Notes: a model not told the origin generated them from the letters alone. 64,000 nt of DNA from Anthoceros angustus (GCA_010909165.1 MU008197.1:62001-126000); one strand, 5' to 3'; numbered from the stretch's first letter, positions 37,164-51,454 are shown. A program made the numbers and translations.

Positions 37164-39270
37164 CAAACCTCTTATTCCGGAGGAGGGCTCTTGACTGATC
37201 AGTGTCTGAAAGGCTGCCATTCTCAGCAAATGAGATGGCTGATACGCTGGTGCAAAAATGTACAGGTGAGCTTCATCCAGCTAGTCTCGTACTTAATCAG
37301 TCGTATGGGACATACTACCTCTTGTCATTAAAGACTTGGAGAGGTGACTCAGCAGGATGGACATCAGGTGTGGGTGAGCCTGACTTATGGGTACACGGCA
37401 ACACCGGGCCTGTTGTACTATAGATGGTTACCAAGATTTTGCCTTCGCAGTGATGTATACCATCATTGGCAGAATTGTTTATACAAGCTATTTAAGTTTC
37501 CACATATCTTGCGGTCTGCCAGAAACCTGAGCATGTACAATGGGAATGTTTTTTTTTCTCTGCAGCTTACAGGACTTTTTCCACTCAGGCTGTCTACCTT
37601 TGGTGCCTTTCCATGAGACGGGCCTGACTTCAAGGATCTTCGGGCGGGGAAATAATTGCAAACAGTGTCACAGACCCTCTGCAATTCTTAATACAATTGT
37701 TTACAATCGTTCTTGGGTCTGGCAAGAGTGTACCGCAAAGGTCCATGTCCTCTCATCCTTTCGCTCCCTCCTCGGGGAAGGGGAAAGGATCCTTTCACAT
37801 GTGTGTCATGTGGAATCAGCCCGGGCACGCGGCTGACGAGATCTAAGCCCGAAGGTTTGCCAAGGTTTTGATCACTGTGCTAAAAAGGGACTTGCGCTGT
37901 GGACTTCTGTGTGGAGCATCCGTTAATAATCTGCAATGAAAGCATGGGTCTCGATTCCATAGACATGCTCGTGAACTCATCTCTAACCTCCATCTGCTCT
38001 GTAGACTTTAACATAGGTGGAGCATCCGTTGCTAACCTTGTAACAGCAGTCTCGATTCGAGCGAGATGCTTAATCAAATCGTCCCTAACCTCTCCTCCAT
38101 TGCCTACAAATCCAGCTATAAGCTAATGCTTGCTTTGCCGTTGATTGACCAGCACACGATTGTGCTCCTCCTAATTCTGGAGGGAGGAGCAGGGGTCGGA
38201 CTGTTTCGCGCTCGAGAATTAAGAACTCCAGAGAATCCCGGCCACCTACGTCACCGCCATCTCTGTTGTGTCACACTCATGAAGCGGTGCCAGAGGAAGA
38301 AGTGCATGAAATCAGGTACAAGAGGGGATGATTGTTGAGTCCCCGATGGCTTGATGAGGGCAGCCAGGTGAAGTAGTCAAAGGTTACCCTGGCCCTGGCC
38401 CTGGCCTGTGCCATAGGCTATGGAGTAAAAAGGTGATGAATCCGATTTCGGTTGAGGCAAAGGCACCCGATTCAGGCTGCACTCCAATGAGCGCGGGAGG
38501 CAGCGGGCACGGAGCTGCATCAAGTCCGTGATTGCCTGTGATTGGAAGCTGATTGGTAGGTGAAGACCCCGGGGCCCTCGCCACGCTCTCCACACGTGGC
38601 GATGCCGCTACTGCGGCTGCTCCGGGCCTGCCAGATGCTTACGCCAGAGCTCAATTCAGTGCACTGGGACACACTTCCGCTTCAGGCTCCAGGCTCCAGC
38701 AGCCCGCTGCGTGTGAGAGAGAGAGGAAAGGACCCGGCTCCGGGGTCCGATCATGGATGTACTGTACTGTGCCGTATTCACTGTGCAATACACATTTATT
38801 GTGCATATGCCTTCCTTCCCGTAACCTACTCATTGACTGTCAGGCGGCCACCAGCTGGATGCGCAACAGCGCACAGCACACAGTGACGCTCGCCCGCTCG
38901 CTCGCTCAGCGAGGTGCGACGTACATTTCTTCATCCATACAGCTGCAGCCGGATCAACAACATAAACAGCGGGAAGGGATTCATCAATCAGGGCCTTTCC
39001 CCCAAGTGTTGTGTCAGGGCTGGAGGACTGCACCTGGCACGGGATCGTGCCGATTGCCAACTTGCCGAGCCTGGCTGCCTTGCCTGATGGCCAGATAAGA
39101 CAAGGACGCTGCACCGGGTCATGGAATGCTCCTCACCTAGCCGCGCTCGTACCACTTCACTTGGCCCGCTCGCCATAAGCTCACCTCATCGGGGCGGGCC
39201 ACGGTCCAACAAGTCGTTTCCACGGTCGTGACTCGTGAGTCGTCTACCCTACTGCATTGGACTCGTATAG

Positions 39271-39375
39271 TCTCGTCTCGTCTCGTCTCGTCTCGTCTCT
39301 TCTCGTCTCGTCTCGTCTCTTCTCGTCTCGTCTCGTCTCTTCTCTTCTCGTCTCGTCTCGTCTCGTCTCATCTCA
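39271..39375. repeat. (TCTCG)n microsatellite
   Basis: Direct inspection. Confidence 0.9.
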
Positions 39376-41875
39376 CCTCTTGTCTCGTTCCCGGTCCGCA
39401 ATTCCGCGTCTCATCCTCTTTCTCGTTGGTGCTGGTGCTGGTGCTGGCAGTGGCAAGCCATGACAATCCGTGCATGCATTTGCGCAGGCTCGTGTGGCAC
39501 GCGCCTGGCGCGACCCGTTGCCCCAGGGCGTGCCTGCTCCTGCTCCTGCTCCTGCTCCAGCTCCGGCTCCCGCTCCATCTCCCGCTCCTGTGCCTGTTCC
39601 GAGTATCTGGTCGGCTTGTAAGCTGATGCCGCGGACCGCGGTTAGGTGCACCCCGCCGGGCCCATCCCAGCCCATCCCACCCCAAGAATGTTTTATGCCG
39701 GCTCTGTGGGAACCCTAAACTGTTACTTTGAATGCCATGTCCAAAGGGATCCAGCGGCCGGCGCGCGCCGCTGCCAACGCGTGGCCCCATCCCCGCCGCT
39801 ATCTGTTACACCCTACCTTTCAACGTTTTCACACGCCTGTGCAACTGAACTGAACGATATCTCTACGTAATCACAGCTGGGCGAGGATAAAGCCAGATAT
39901 TGCACGGCGAGCAGCTTTCACGTCCTGTAGTCCAGGTTCAAGCCCTCTTCGCCAACACCCACTTTCCCACGCTCCCCCCACCACATACCCCACCCACCCA
40001 TCACCTAGTTCAGTGCACTGGGTGCACTGCTCGTGGGAGCCTTAGTATTTTGCATGTTTCTCCCTAGAGCTTCCTGTCGTGTGTTTGAATGAAAGCTATC
40101 TTAACATACTCGCAGGATAAGGAAAAGGAAAAGGAAGAGGAAGAGGAGGAGGAGAAGCTGATTTTTGATCCTTGTCACTCCAACCTTGTGTGGTCTTGGT
40201 TCATCCTAGTCACATCTAGTAGGTGTGTGAAACCTGAGTGCCCGAAAGGGCCGAGGGCCGAGACCCTTCTTCCACTAGCTGTGCACCAAATGATATACAA
40301 TATAGTATAATATCCAGGCCTTCAGGGGTGGAAAAGGTGGGCAGCACGGGCTCAGCGATGATGAGACTGGTGCATACTGCATTTCACGTGATTTGGCAAA
40401 GCCGGCAGTGCAGCATAGAGTAACATATCCAAGCGGCCCGAAGTGGGCGCGGAAAGGAAAATGGTCCCCAGGCCCATGTTCGGTGGCAGGCACCTCAGGA
40501 TAATCATTGCGCATGATCCATGCGTCCCGTCTCCCACCTCCATTTTCCATATACTTTGAAATCTAAAAGTCCATTTCCCGAATCCCAATTCCACACCCCC
40601 AGTTGTGGCCCATGCCGTGGCCCGCAACTCCAGACGTGGCCGCACGGGTGGGCGCTCCGGTTGTCTACGTACATACGTCTGCATGTATGTATATATGTAT
40701 ATATATGTATAGGCGGTTTTTGTATATACCTGGTGAAGGAAATATGTTTGGCTCATTGAGAGCTATGCTGTGCCCTGGAGACGATTTAATGACAGGAGCA
40801 GGCAAGCCGGACGAATTTGTGTGTGAGGTGAGAAACAAGAAGAAGCAGAGGAAGGAAACGACAGGACATGCTATTCAGTGAGGGATGCCAAGGATCCCTG
40901 TCCTAGGCCATTCGGTGAGTGTGCAGCGTAAAACAATTTGAAATGTAAGACGCATCGAAATTGGGGGAGGTGCACTTCACTTTGCCTAAATTTGGTAGGA
41001 GGGGAGCTAAATCGGAATCGGAGGCGCCTGGTGCGTGACGATTTTCAAGATGCGCAACCGTTCACATGTGCTTGTGCTTCGAGGGGAACGGAAGACGAAG
41101 GGGAAAAGGACAAGGGACAGATGGAGGAGAGTAACGCCCGGTGTGAGTGCGATGCTGGTGGGTTAAAACGGGCCATGGGCCATGGGCCCGGCCAGTCGCA
41201 CAGCTTGGCAGCACCCGCAGCAGCGAAACCAGCACCCCAAAAACGGAGGCGCTCGGCTCGCAGCCTGGACGCTGCACGCTGCACGCCACGCCGTCCTTCT
41301 CTCTTCTCGCGCCCTGCTGCTGCGTCTGCTGCTTCTGCTGCTTCTGCTGCTTCACCTCTAGCCAACAACAGCCTTCTCTTCTGAGAAACGCGTCCTGTCC
41401 TTCCCGATCCCTTTCACACAGCACCCCGCTCTTCAGTGTTGCGTGCTGCCCGCCTTGGCTGCCCGCTGTGCTGGTGCAGGATTCGGACTCGAGCGGGATC
41501 GGTGCTCCTGCGGTGGGCGGTAGAGTGGGTAGGGCGCCGGCCGCCTCCCTTCCTGCACCCTGCTGCCGCCTTCCTGCTTCCCTTGCACTGGGTGCTGGGT
41601 TGCTGTGGGATGGATGCCCGGGCTATGGCTTTGTTGGGCGGTTGAGGGGTCTCAATTTCTTGCTTTTGTGGGCGGTGGAGTGCTTTCGTGGGCGGTTGGC
41701 TGGATGATCGCCGGACCCAAGTCTGCGTTATCCCGATCTGCGACATAGGAGGGGTTGCGGGAGGCATGGGCTGCTGCTTGCGTGCGAGAGAGCGGAAATT
41801 TCCGGGCTCGGGGCCTCGTTGGGCGGTGCGGGAGTGTCGTTGTGGCTCTTGTTGCTGCTGTGGGGGGCAGGGAGG

Positions 41876-44022
41876 ATGCAGGATTACAGGGCCACGCGGC
41901 CCAAGCTCTTCTTAGATGAGTGGTGTGCCGGGAAGGAGGGCATGCGGCGGATGGAGGATTCGCCTCAGAGAGCGGAGTGGACTGGGGATGACGACTACTT
42001 CCTGATGGAGGAGCGGTGCCGGGTGGGGGAGAAGCGGAAGGGGGCGCGGATCGGGGACTGCGGCTCCGTGGACAGCAGGGTGGAGCACAGGATGATGAAG
42101 CACGACCTCATCGGGGAGCTCCCGGACGAATGCCTGCTGCAGATTTTCGCCTACCTGCCCCGGGCGAGGGACCGATGCGCGTGCGCGGCGGTGTGCATGC
42201 GCTGGCTCATGCTGCAGAGTCACATGGCGGCCTGCGAGTTCAAGAAGGCGGAGGGGGAGGCCGGGGAGGCCTGCGCCGGGGGCGCCGGCTGGAGGGCGGT
42301 GGCCGGAGATGGGCAGAAGGTGCTGGATGTCATCTACGAGGGCCTGGAGGAGGGCTCGGACGAGGCCGCCGGGGCCGGGGAAGGGCACGGGGAAGGGTGG
42401 GAGTCGGCCGACCTGTTCCGTGGCTCGGCTGTGGGAGAGGAGCCCCGGGTGGAACGGCAGCCGCAGTGGGCCATGGGCGACCTCTCCCGGAGCCTGAGGG
42501 GAGGAAGGCCAGTGACGTGCGACTGGCGGCGATTGCGGTTGGGACCGCGGCCCGAGGCGGGCTGGGGAAGCTGTCCATCCGAGGCGCTTGCGGTGACAGA
42601 GTGGTACGGAGCGTGACCGACCTGGGAGTGTGTGCCATCGGTATTTGCTGCGCTGCGTTACGCTGTCTTAGTTTGTGGCATTGTTCGAGCGTCGGGGATG
42701 ATGGGTTGATAGCCATAGGGAAGGGGTGTAGGTTGTTGCAGAAGCTGGACATGTTGAAGTGCCCCGGTGTTGGGGATGCTGGGCTCCGTGCAGTTGCTCT
42801 GGGTTGTCCCTTGTTAGGGAGCTTAAGCATAGATTCGTGTGACAATGTGAGTGATCGGGGTCTCATTAGCGTGGGCCGGAGTTGCTCCTACCTTGCTGCA
42901 CTTTGTGTGAGAAACTGTGCCTTGATTGGGGATGAGGGGATTGCTGCCGTTGTCACAGGGGCCAAGATGTTGCGGAGGCTGAAGCTGGAGAAGGTAGGAG
43001 TTGGGGATGAGGTGTTGGGCGCTGTGGCTATGCAAGGGGATGCCCTTGTGCACTTGATTCTGTCCGGTCTGGAGTACCTGTCTGAGGAGGGGTTTTCGTC
43101 GCTGGGAAGGTTGTCACGCTTGGGGAAGTTGAAGAACTTGCTTATCAACTCCTGTAGGGGTCTCACGGATGTTGCCTTGGTCGAAATAGGGCTCGGCTGC
43201 CCGGATTTGAAGCGGTTGGTGCTGCGTGATTGTGCTGGAGTTGGGGATGAGGGCTTGCAGGGGTTCACACGGCTTTGCTCTTCCCTGGAAAGTTTACACG
43301 TGATGAGATGCCAGGGTATCACATGTGTTGGGCTGATAGCCCTCTTGTCGTTCGGGGGGACGCATCTGAAAAGCCTTCAGCTCTCCAAGTGCTACGGGAT
43401 CACTGATGCAGGATTCTGTGCCGAGTCCTTTGCTGTTCCCTGCGAGTTTCTGACGTCTCTTAGCCTGAGTGGGTGCAAGGGGATCGGAGATCGATGTCTG
43501 GAGTTGATTGCCCACTCTTTTTCAGCACTGGAGCATCTTGATCTGAGTGGCCTATGTGCTGTGAGTGACAGCGGAGTGATGGCAGCTGTGAGCAGCTGTC
43601 AACAGACTTTGGTGGGTCTCAACCTCAGTGGCTGCTGCAAGGTTTCAGATCGTGCAGTGTGTGACATCACCAAGAGTTGCGGGCGTCACTTGCGAAGCCT
43701 CACTCTCAACGGTTGCCAAAAGGTTACAGATGTGAGCCTCAAAGTCATTGCTGAAGAGTGTCTCGAACTGAAGGATCTTGATGTATCAAGGTGTAGCATA
43801 ACGGATGAGGGTGTGTATGCTGTTGTGGCCACCCGGGGACAGGGATTGCAGAGCTTGTCATTGGAGAGCTGCATGGATATAACAGATGAGTGTCTACCTT
43901 TTATCGAAAAAGACTGTGAGTTTCTATGGGGCTTGAATCTGAAGCATTGCGAGGGGCTGTCCAGGGGTGCCCTGGATTCTTTTGAAGCCCGTCTTTTCAG
44001 ATGTGATCTAATATGTTCCTAG
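41876..44022 (+). CDS. EBF: EIN3-binding F-box/LRR protein (EBF-like); one apparent frameshift near 42495
   Basis: F-box LPDECLLQIFAYLP..RDRCACAAVCMRWLMLQS; GDLSRSL(E)GRKASDVRLAAIAVGTAARGGLGKLSIRG; Cys-containing LRRs; ends ...RCDLICS. The frame break lies in a G-rich run. Confidence 0.88.
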
Positions 44023-45317
44023 TTCGGGGATAAGCATCGCCATGAACTGCGAATTCGCCGTGCACAAGAACAACCTTTTCTTTCCAATCCAATGAAGCAC
44101 ACTGAGTTGTCAGATGTGAAAGTGCGTATCCTCTAGTGCCTGGAAGCACATCTACTGAAGTGGATTGCGATATGACAAGTCAGCTGGAAACAAGAGCGGT
44201 CTTCTCAAGCCAGTCGTTTCATCATCGCACTGGCCTGAAGCAGGTCTTGCACGCAGGTGAAAGAGGAACAGGCGGCCCAATGTGGGTAGATTGTTAGGTG
44301 GGCAATGGGTTCGGAGAATGTATCCAGATAAGCAAGCATTGATCAATGGGCACAGCTTTTGCCTCAAGCCTCTTCCGAGGCCCTTCTTCCAGATTCATTT
44401 CTTGGTCAAGATGCTGTGCCGATTTTCCGGCCATTTTGCCTGTTTTGTTGTCGTCATGCAAGATAGCCTTTGCGTATCCCAATGACTGAATCGGCGCATC
44501 TCTAGTGGTCCGTTTCCGCAACAACTCTGGCAGGGCACAGCTTATTACACTAGTTGGATGGAGCTGATATTTTGCGTATCCCAAAGTAGCTACTTCAGGC
44601 AAAACGTAAAAGCGGTCGATGTGGACTGACCGGCAGACCGGCAGACCGGCAGACCGGCTATTTGCGTCGTTGTGGCTGGACATGCCATATGCGTTAAAGA
44701 CGCTTTGCTGTTTTTCAGGTTTGCAATTTGTCTCCCAGCCTCGAGGGAGATGAAACCAATGCATCCATCTACAGCGTGTCTCGCCCGTCGTCCCTGACTT
44801 GTCTGTTCAACATCGTGCAAAAATCACAAGGGTCGTGTCCGATTGGGAAACCTTGCCAAACTCGATGGACACGCGCTCTAAGTCACAAGAAACAGTTGTG
44901 TGGGGGGCAAGAAGTAAAAAAATACTCAGACAACGCTGTACGAGACCTCGTAAATCTGAATAGGTACTGAATTCATGAAGAAGGGTGTGTCATGTTCTTA
45001 ATCAACTAAAATAACACACAGGAGTTCAGCCTCAAAATTCCACCCTGCTGACCATTTGAGGGTGGAAAAGACGACATAATTGTTAACTGTGCGCCTACTT
45101 GACAACCAAACAGGACCTCACCTTCCAATCCTATACGACCCTGTTGTTGTTGTCAAGAGGAGCAAGAGAGACTATCTAATACTCGGTTCTGGACAAACAT
45201 TGACGTATTTACAGAATAGCACCTTGCCAGCCTAGGCCTTAAAACTCCCCAGGGTTAGAAATGCATCGCAGCATCACTAATACCATGCTATTCATGCATG
45301 CCCTTGCACAAATAGTT

Positions 45318-46370
45318 TCACAGGATGGCGCAAAAAACAGCTTCCTTAGCCCTCTCCGTCTCCTTTCGCAGCTCTTCCGACTGTTTAAGGGCCTTCTCCA
45401 GTTTCAACTTCAGGTCTTTGATGCTCTGTTCGGAGTGAGCTGCTTGACGTTCAGATAACTCTTTGTACTCCAGAGCTTGACGCTCGGAAATCTCCCTAGC
45501 GCGCGTCTCCTCTGCAAGCCTCTGTTCCAGCTTCTCAGCAGTCAAACGCAACTTTTCGTCCACCATCACTGCCATGGCCTTCACCTTCTCATCGTAGGCT
45601 TGCTCCAATTCAAGCTTCAGCAACTGCATCTCCTGGCGCCGGTCAGCCACAGCATCAAGCTGCCGCTTGTCCTGTGCCGACTGCTTGGCTAAGATCTGCG
45701 CTTCACCGAGAAGTTCGTTGGTGTAGGGTTTCCCTCCGTTTCTCAGAACCATCTCGTCCACGGCACGCAGCAACGCTGTGGCTTGCTCCTGTTTCTGCTT
45801 GTTGTCCTTACTCCTGTTGTTGAACAGAATCTTCCTCCCTCCGCAATCGTTCAGAAGACTTTTGAGATGCTCAGGAACATCAGCACAATACTCCTGTAAG
45901 GTAATCCCATCCTCCTCCAACTCATCTCCGCCGGTGAAGACCACAATCATATACTGCAGGACCTTGTCCCCAAACAAGCACCGCAAATTCTCCACCACGT
46001 TCATCTCCTCAAGCGTGAAGCGATTCCGTACAGATAACACAAGCAGAAGAGCATGCACCCCATCCTTGGCCAACTCTAGGCACTTGACGATCTCATTCCT
46101 CACACTCTCTGCAGGCATGGAGACCTCGAAAAAGCCAGGGGTATCAACAACACGAATCTTGCGACCATCCCTTCTGACGGTAGACTGAAGCTCACAAGTT
46201 GTAGTCACAGACGAGGCTCTGCTCCTGGACTGGAAGGCAGGAAACCCGAGGATGGAATTCCCTGTGGCACTCTTGCCATTGCCTGTCCGTCCCATCAACA
46301 CCACCGTGGTCGCGGCTGCGGCCACCTCCTCCACCCAATCGAAGTCCTCCACCACAGTCATCCCGCCCAT
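45318..46370 (-). CDS. AIG1-type (IAN/GIMAP) GTPase with coiled coil and C-terminal CaaL motif
   Basis: GRTGNGKSATGNSILG, VTTTCE, VVDTPG, RFTLEE, VFTGGDEL, FNNR; C-terminus CAIL*; single exon. Confidence 0.93.
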   Translation of the reverse strand: MGGMTVVEDFDWVEEVAAAATTVVLMGRTGNGKSATGNSILGFPAFQSRSRASSVTTTCELQSTVRRDGRKIRVVDTPGFFEVSMPAESVRNEIVKCLELAKDGVHALLLVLSVRNRFTLEEMNVVENLRCLFGDKVLQYMIVVFTGGDELEEDGITLQEYCADVPEHLKSLLNDCGGRKILFNNRSKDNKQKQEQATALLRAVDEMVLRNGGKPYTNELLGEAQILAKQSAQDKRQLDAVADRRQEMQLLKLELEQAYDEKVKAMAVMVDEKLRLTAEKLEQRLAEETRAREISERQALEYKELSERQAAHSEQSIKDLKLKLEKALKQSEELRKETERAKEAVFCAIL

Positions 46371-49300
46371 CGTACGTCCTCCTCCCTCGGAGCCCTAGCC
46401 CACAACAACAACAATCAGTCACAAATGTAGCACGCTACAACGAATTCAAAGGATATGCCTCTAGCAACTTCACACATGCGGAATTGACAGTCTACATGCA
46501 AACCAATCCATGCCCACACCTAATGTGACCTACCTCACTTCAAGCGCTTCCACTTCTGAGCCTACAACTCAAAGTAGAAGGACTTCGCCATATCTTCCTT
46601 ATCAGCACTTCTAAGCCAAATTTAAGACTTGTTCAGTGCACATACTGACCGCACATATACCTATAACTTCTAAAATGAGAACTCGAGAAAGCGTAAGCAT
46701 CCTTTTTCAGGTTTACGTGACCACCGAGGCGAGGCTAACATGACGGAGGTTATTATGGTTAGTTGTTAGCGAATTTTAAGACTTTATAAATATTTTAAAG
46801 TACGTATCGGAGTTCCGCATTGACGTTTTTCATTATAGCGAGTTGAGATTCTTTTTAATAAATTTAAAGATTTTAAAAATATTTTGAAGATACATTAAAG
46901 TTCCACATTGAAATTTTTGCTATGGAGTAACCGCGTAGGACACGAACAATTGGTGGCCCGGTACATTATAGAGACCACAGCATGAAGAACGGATGGGTGC
47001 TTATGGGTGGCATCCCATCCAAGCACTAATCCATTTATTATGGAGTTCTGATGAACTCATGTTTCGATATCACTCTTTGGAGGGAGGATTAGTGCAATTT
47101 TCCAAATCGAGGTAAGAAAGAAAATACAAGAAATAGATTATATTTTATTTTTATTTTTATTTTTTATGTAAAATATATTTATCAAAAATTTAAAAACTTG
47201 TACTAGGCCATAGGCCTAGATGTTAGGGAGATGGATAATATCCACATGAATACCCAATAGATTTAGGAACTAAAATTAAACAATAAATCACGGTATCTTA
47301 GAAACCCTAATTGTCTGCAAATACCTTTTCAATGTAGTTTATAGATTAGTCCTCTATAAAACATGAGATGGGTTTTCCAATCTCTTTTTCATAATAAAGT
47401 CTTTAATTCCGATAAAACATGAGTGGTCTAGACAAAATGAGTCTAATGAGAACAAACTTATAATTAAGAAAATTCTCATATCTTTGAAAACCCATAGTAT
47501 TATCAGAGTACCTACTTCCTTTTCAATGTAGTTTACAAATAGGTTCTCTAAAAAACATATGTAAGTGGTCCAAACAAAAGGAGTATATTATTATTATTCT
47601 CTGCAATGGTTTTTTTCTTTACTGTGGAAAGAAAAATTAAATTTGAAGCATTTTTAGTTAACCAAATTGTAAACTATTTCTGCACCTCTACCCATAACTT
47701 AATTGTGGTCTCTATCATGGCTTCAATTATAGGCCACTAGTTATGAAACTCTTGCATTTCCTTAAAATTACCTGAACGATATTGAAATAAAAAATAATTT
47801 GCAAGGCCACAAATTAAAAAGGTGATGCTTTCTCGTGTTGCTCCCCTTATACATGTTTTCTTTAATTTCTCTCTTTATAACTTTGTAGATACAATTTAAG
47901 CTGGTTGGAAAACAATGCATTTCTTCACAAAATAAGCAAAGTTTGTAACTAAATATAGCTACATATGGTTCATAAAATACTGCTCATATAACTTATTATC
48001 ATCCACACCTACAACTATAAACTTCATACATAAACAGAATAAAACCATGGGTCTAAGATACATACCCATGCTCTATGGACTCCATGTGTCAATTTTAACA
48101 TTGAAGCTTGCTACATGGAAACCTCACTAGAATTCATCTATGTTTTATTACACTCATGTTCAAGGAACAACGAAAGAAAATATTTAACCTGAGAATGGCC
48201 TCAAATCTCAAATTGAGACTTTTTACGAAAATTTAAGAGGAATAGTATTTGCGAGATAGTTTTATAAATTGAAAGTGTACATTTGTTCCCAACAGAATTT
48301 GTATACAATTTTAATTTTTTTCTAGAATATTGAAAAATAACAAAATATTATTAAGCTGCAATAGTGGTGATTATTTGTCAAGGAGTTTCTAGTCATAATT
48401 GGTGAACTTTCAAAAGTTTTTGGATTAAGTATTAAGAGACTTTAAATTGAAGTAAAGACTACCATGCCCTGAAGGGTGATTCGACGTTAATTAATTAAAA
48501 TTAATAAAATTTTAAAATCCAGAAATTACTATACTTAAAACGCCCAATGTGTAAAAAATTGCAAGTTTAAGATGCCGAAAACAAGGAAACTAGGGTTTGT
48601 GTGGAAAGTTAGGGCCTGTTTAGGGGAGGTCTATACATATCTACTTATTCTATATAAATACCTATGTACTCTAATGAATGTTGAAATTTGATTAAAAAAA
48701 TATTTTTCATAAATATTGAAATTTTTAAAATATAAATATTTATATTATACCTTAATTTTTTTCAAAACAAATAATTATTTCGGCATTACCGTGTTGAACC
48801 ACCGCTCGGGGTATGGTAGTAATCCCCATAAAATTAATGTGCTTTTTTCCCAAAGCCATTGGGCACACATATGTGGTCTCGTTGTGGCATGGCTATCATG
48901 GGTGTAGCTTTGCGACATAAGTACATAGTATCATTCCTGATTAGTGTTGCTCATTCCTTATGCAAACACCTCAAAGCGGTATCTAATTGTGTGCACTCTA
49001 AAGTGTATCTTGTTTGCTTGTTTTTTTGTAATTAATCGATCTTCAATGACATCTTGTTTGTTATTACTATTTGGGTTATAAAGGTCTTGTTATAATCTTT
49101 AACTTTGCATTTCATAAAGTTTAATTCCAACATGGTATAAGAGCTTTCAAGGGTTAACAAATAGCTCAGTACTAAGAGAACACAAATGGTAAGTTGCTCA
49201 CAATCAGCATACCACGCCATATCCTTGTCATTGATAGACAAAGTAATCTTACCAATCATAATATTCAGTATCAAAATAACACCCTTCATCCTTACTATTA

Positions 49301-51045
49301 TTAATAAGACACATCGGAAGCCTAGTTATCAACTTGCTTCTCAATAACATTAGTGTCAGGCCGCTTAGGTTGCTGATTAGCTAGTCTAAGCCTAAAAAAC
49401 GAACTCTATGCCCAATCTTAATATAGAAGTAGGTTTTCTTTGATATGGTTTACCTATATTACTCTCACCATCTTGAGCGTCTGACAAAGACCCTTTCTGG
49501 ATGCCTTATTGTTCGGCACAATCAAAGCACTCCTTGCTAGCAGAACCTCATTGCATACAAATCTCCTCTATCAACAATTCTTGACGTAAATATGCCTACT
49601 CCACATGAAGAACATAGCAAATAACTTGCCCATAAGACGATGACAGACGCATCGAATTAGTTGCCACAAGATGTTGCTCAAGAACCCTAATCTCAGTAGC
49701 ACGAAGCTCACTACGAAGACCAGCAAATGCATGAAGACGCTTCTTAATCTAAACTGTACCTCAATAATCCTAAGAGAATAAAACTTCCTAGCCTTACTAG
49801 AAAGGGCAGCCTATGTTATAGTCATTGTTGCAATTGTATGTTACACTTCCAGATTGCAACATGCTTTGGAGGCTTGATATTAAGTTAGTCACTTTCTTCC
49901 CCATGTAGTGCCACCTTCTTAACACGCACCCGCTCTCTCTCCTACCAGCTCACCCTCATAATTGCACCCAATTGTTTATGATTTCCCATATACAATTGCA
50001 ACATGACTTCACAAGGAGCCCCTCTCTCATCCTGCCCTCTTTATTATAGCCCCTTTGGAGAACTATTTGTTTATGTTTCATCTTGCCCTCTTCATTACAC
50101 CCCCTCTTGACAACTATTTGTTTATGTCGCCCACACCAAAACATCACTGTCACATGGACCAACAACTCTCATATTTTCCTCCTACCTCATAACTTCACCA
50201 TTGCTTTATCAATGTTTTTACTTTGACCATAGCTATTCAAAGGTTGAAGACTGATTTTTTTGTTTCAACCAGTCCTGCAATTATAATAAATGTGCACTCT
50301 TCCATTGTGCACTTATATCCATGATAAAGTCCTTACAATATGTATATACTTATATGTAGATAAATATAGGGGATATATATATATAAATATATATTATATT
50401 AATATATTAGATATAGCTATATATTATATTAATCATTTTATTTTATATTAAGCTATAAATTATTTATTCATTCTAGCCACCAGCATAACTTCTAGCCCTT
50501 GTCTTACCCAGGCACTCCAATGTAACTTCTATCCCTTGCCCCTAACCAAGTACTATTCCATAATATTATGTTATAAATTATAATATTTTCTTATTACTTA
50601 TATATTATATTAAGGTATAAATTACTCATCAATCGGGCCATCGATGCCGAACATTAAAATTTAGCTTAGCACTCATTAATACTCACTGCTAGTGTAGACC
50701 GAGATTAAACCCTAAACTTTCCAGTTCTAAGAAATATGCCTTGACCAATCAACTATATACTATTTAGTTGGAGCATTAAGATCTCGGGATTTATTTGTAA
50801 GAAAAAACTTAGATATATTATTATTTGCCTATGTATTTAAATAAAATTCTTCTTCTTCTTCTTCTATGTCTAGGTTCGTGAGTGCGGGGCTCACTTTGCA
50901 TTCTAAGAATAGATTTTCCCCCCTTCCAAAAGCTTCCTCACCCTTTTTCCTATTCATGGCCACAGATTTAGAGGGACAATCGCAATGCATAGAGACGAGG
51001 GAGAGGAGGGGAGGCAAGGAGGAAAAGGGGGAGAGGGATCTGAGG

Positions 51046-51420
51046 TAGAGGAGGAGGAGGAGGAGGAAGGAAGAGGAAGAGGAAGAGGAAGAGGAAGAGG
51101 AAGAGGAAGAGGAAGAGGAAGAGGAAGAGGAAGAGGAGGAGGTCGAGGGTGAGAGGAAAAGGAAAAGGAGGTGGATGATGAGAGGGAAAGGAAGAGAGGA
51201 AAAGGGAAAGGAAGAGGGATGGACGATCTCGGGTCCCAGAGATGAGGAGGGCGAGAGGGAAGGAGGAGGAGGGAAAAAGCGGAAGGAAAGGAGGGGGAGA
51301 TTATAAGGAGGAGGAGGGGGAGATGGAAAAGAAGAGGAGTAAGAGGAGGGGGAGAGAGGAAGGAAGAAGAGGGGGAGATGGGAAGAGGAAGATGGGAAGA
51401 GGGAAAGGAAGAGGAGGCCC
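51046..51420. repeat. Polypurine tract with (GAGGAA)n core
   Basis: Almost exclusively G/A on the + strand. Confidence 0.9.
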
Positions 51421-51454
51421 GTTCCATGTTGTGATTTCAGGCAATTCAGACTCG

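Noticed and set aside
39880-39954. 75-nt tRNA-like segment (GGCGAGG/CTTCGCC-A, GGTTCAAGCC)
   Set aside because: T stem is only 3 bp, and there is no valid D arm or anticodon stem; at most a degenerate tRNA/SINE relic.
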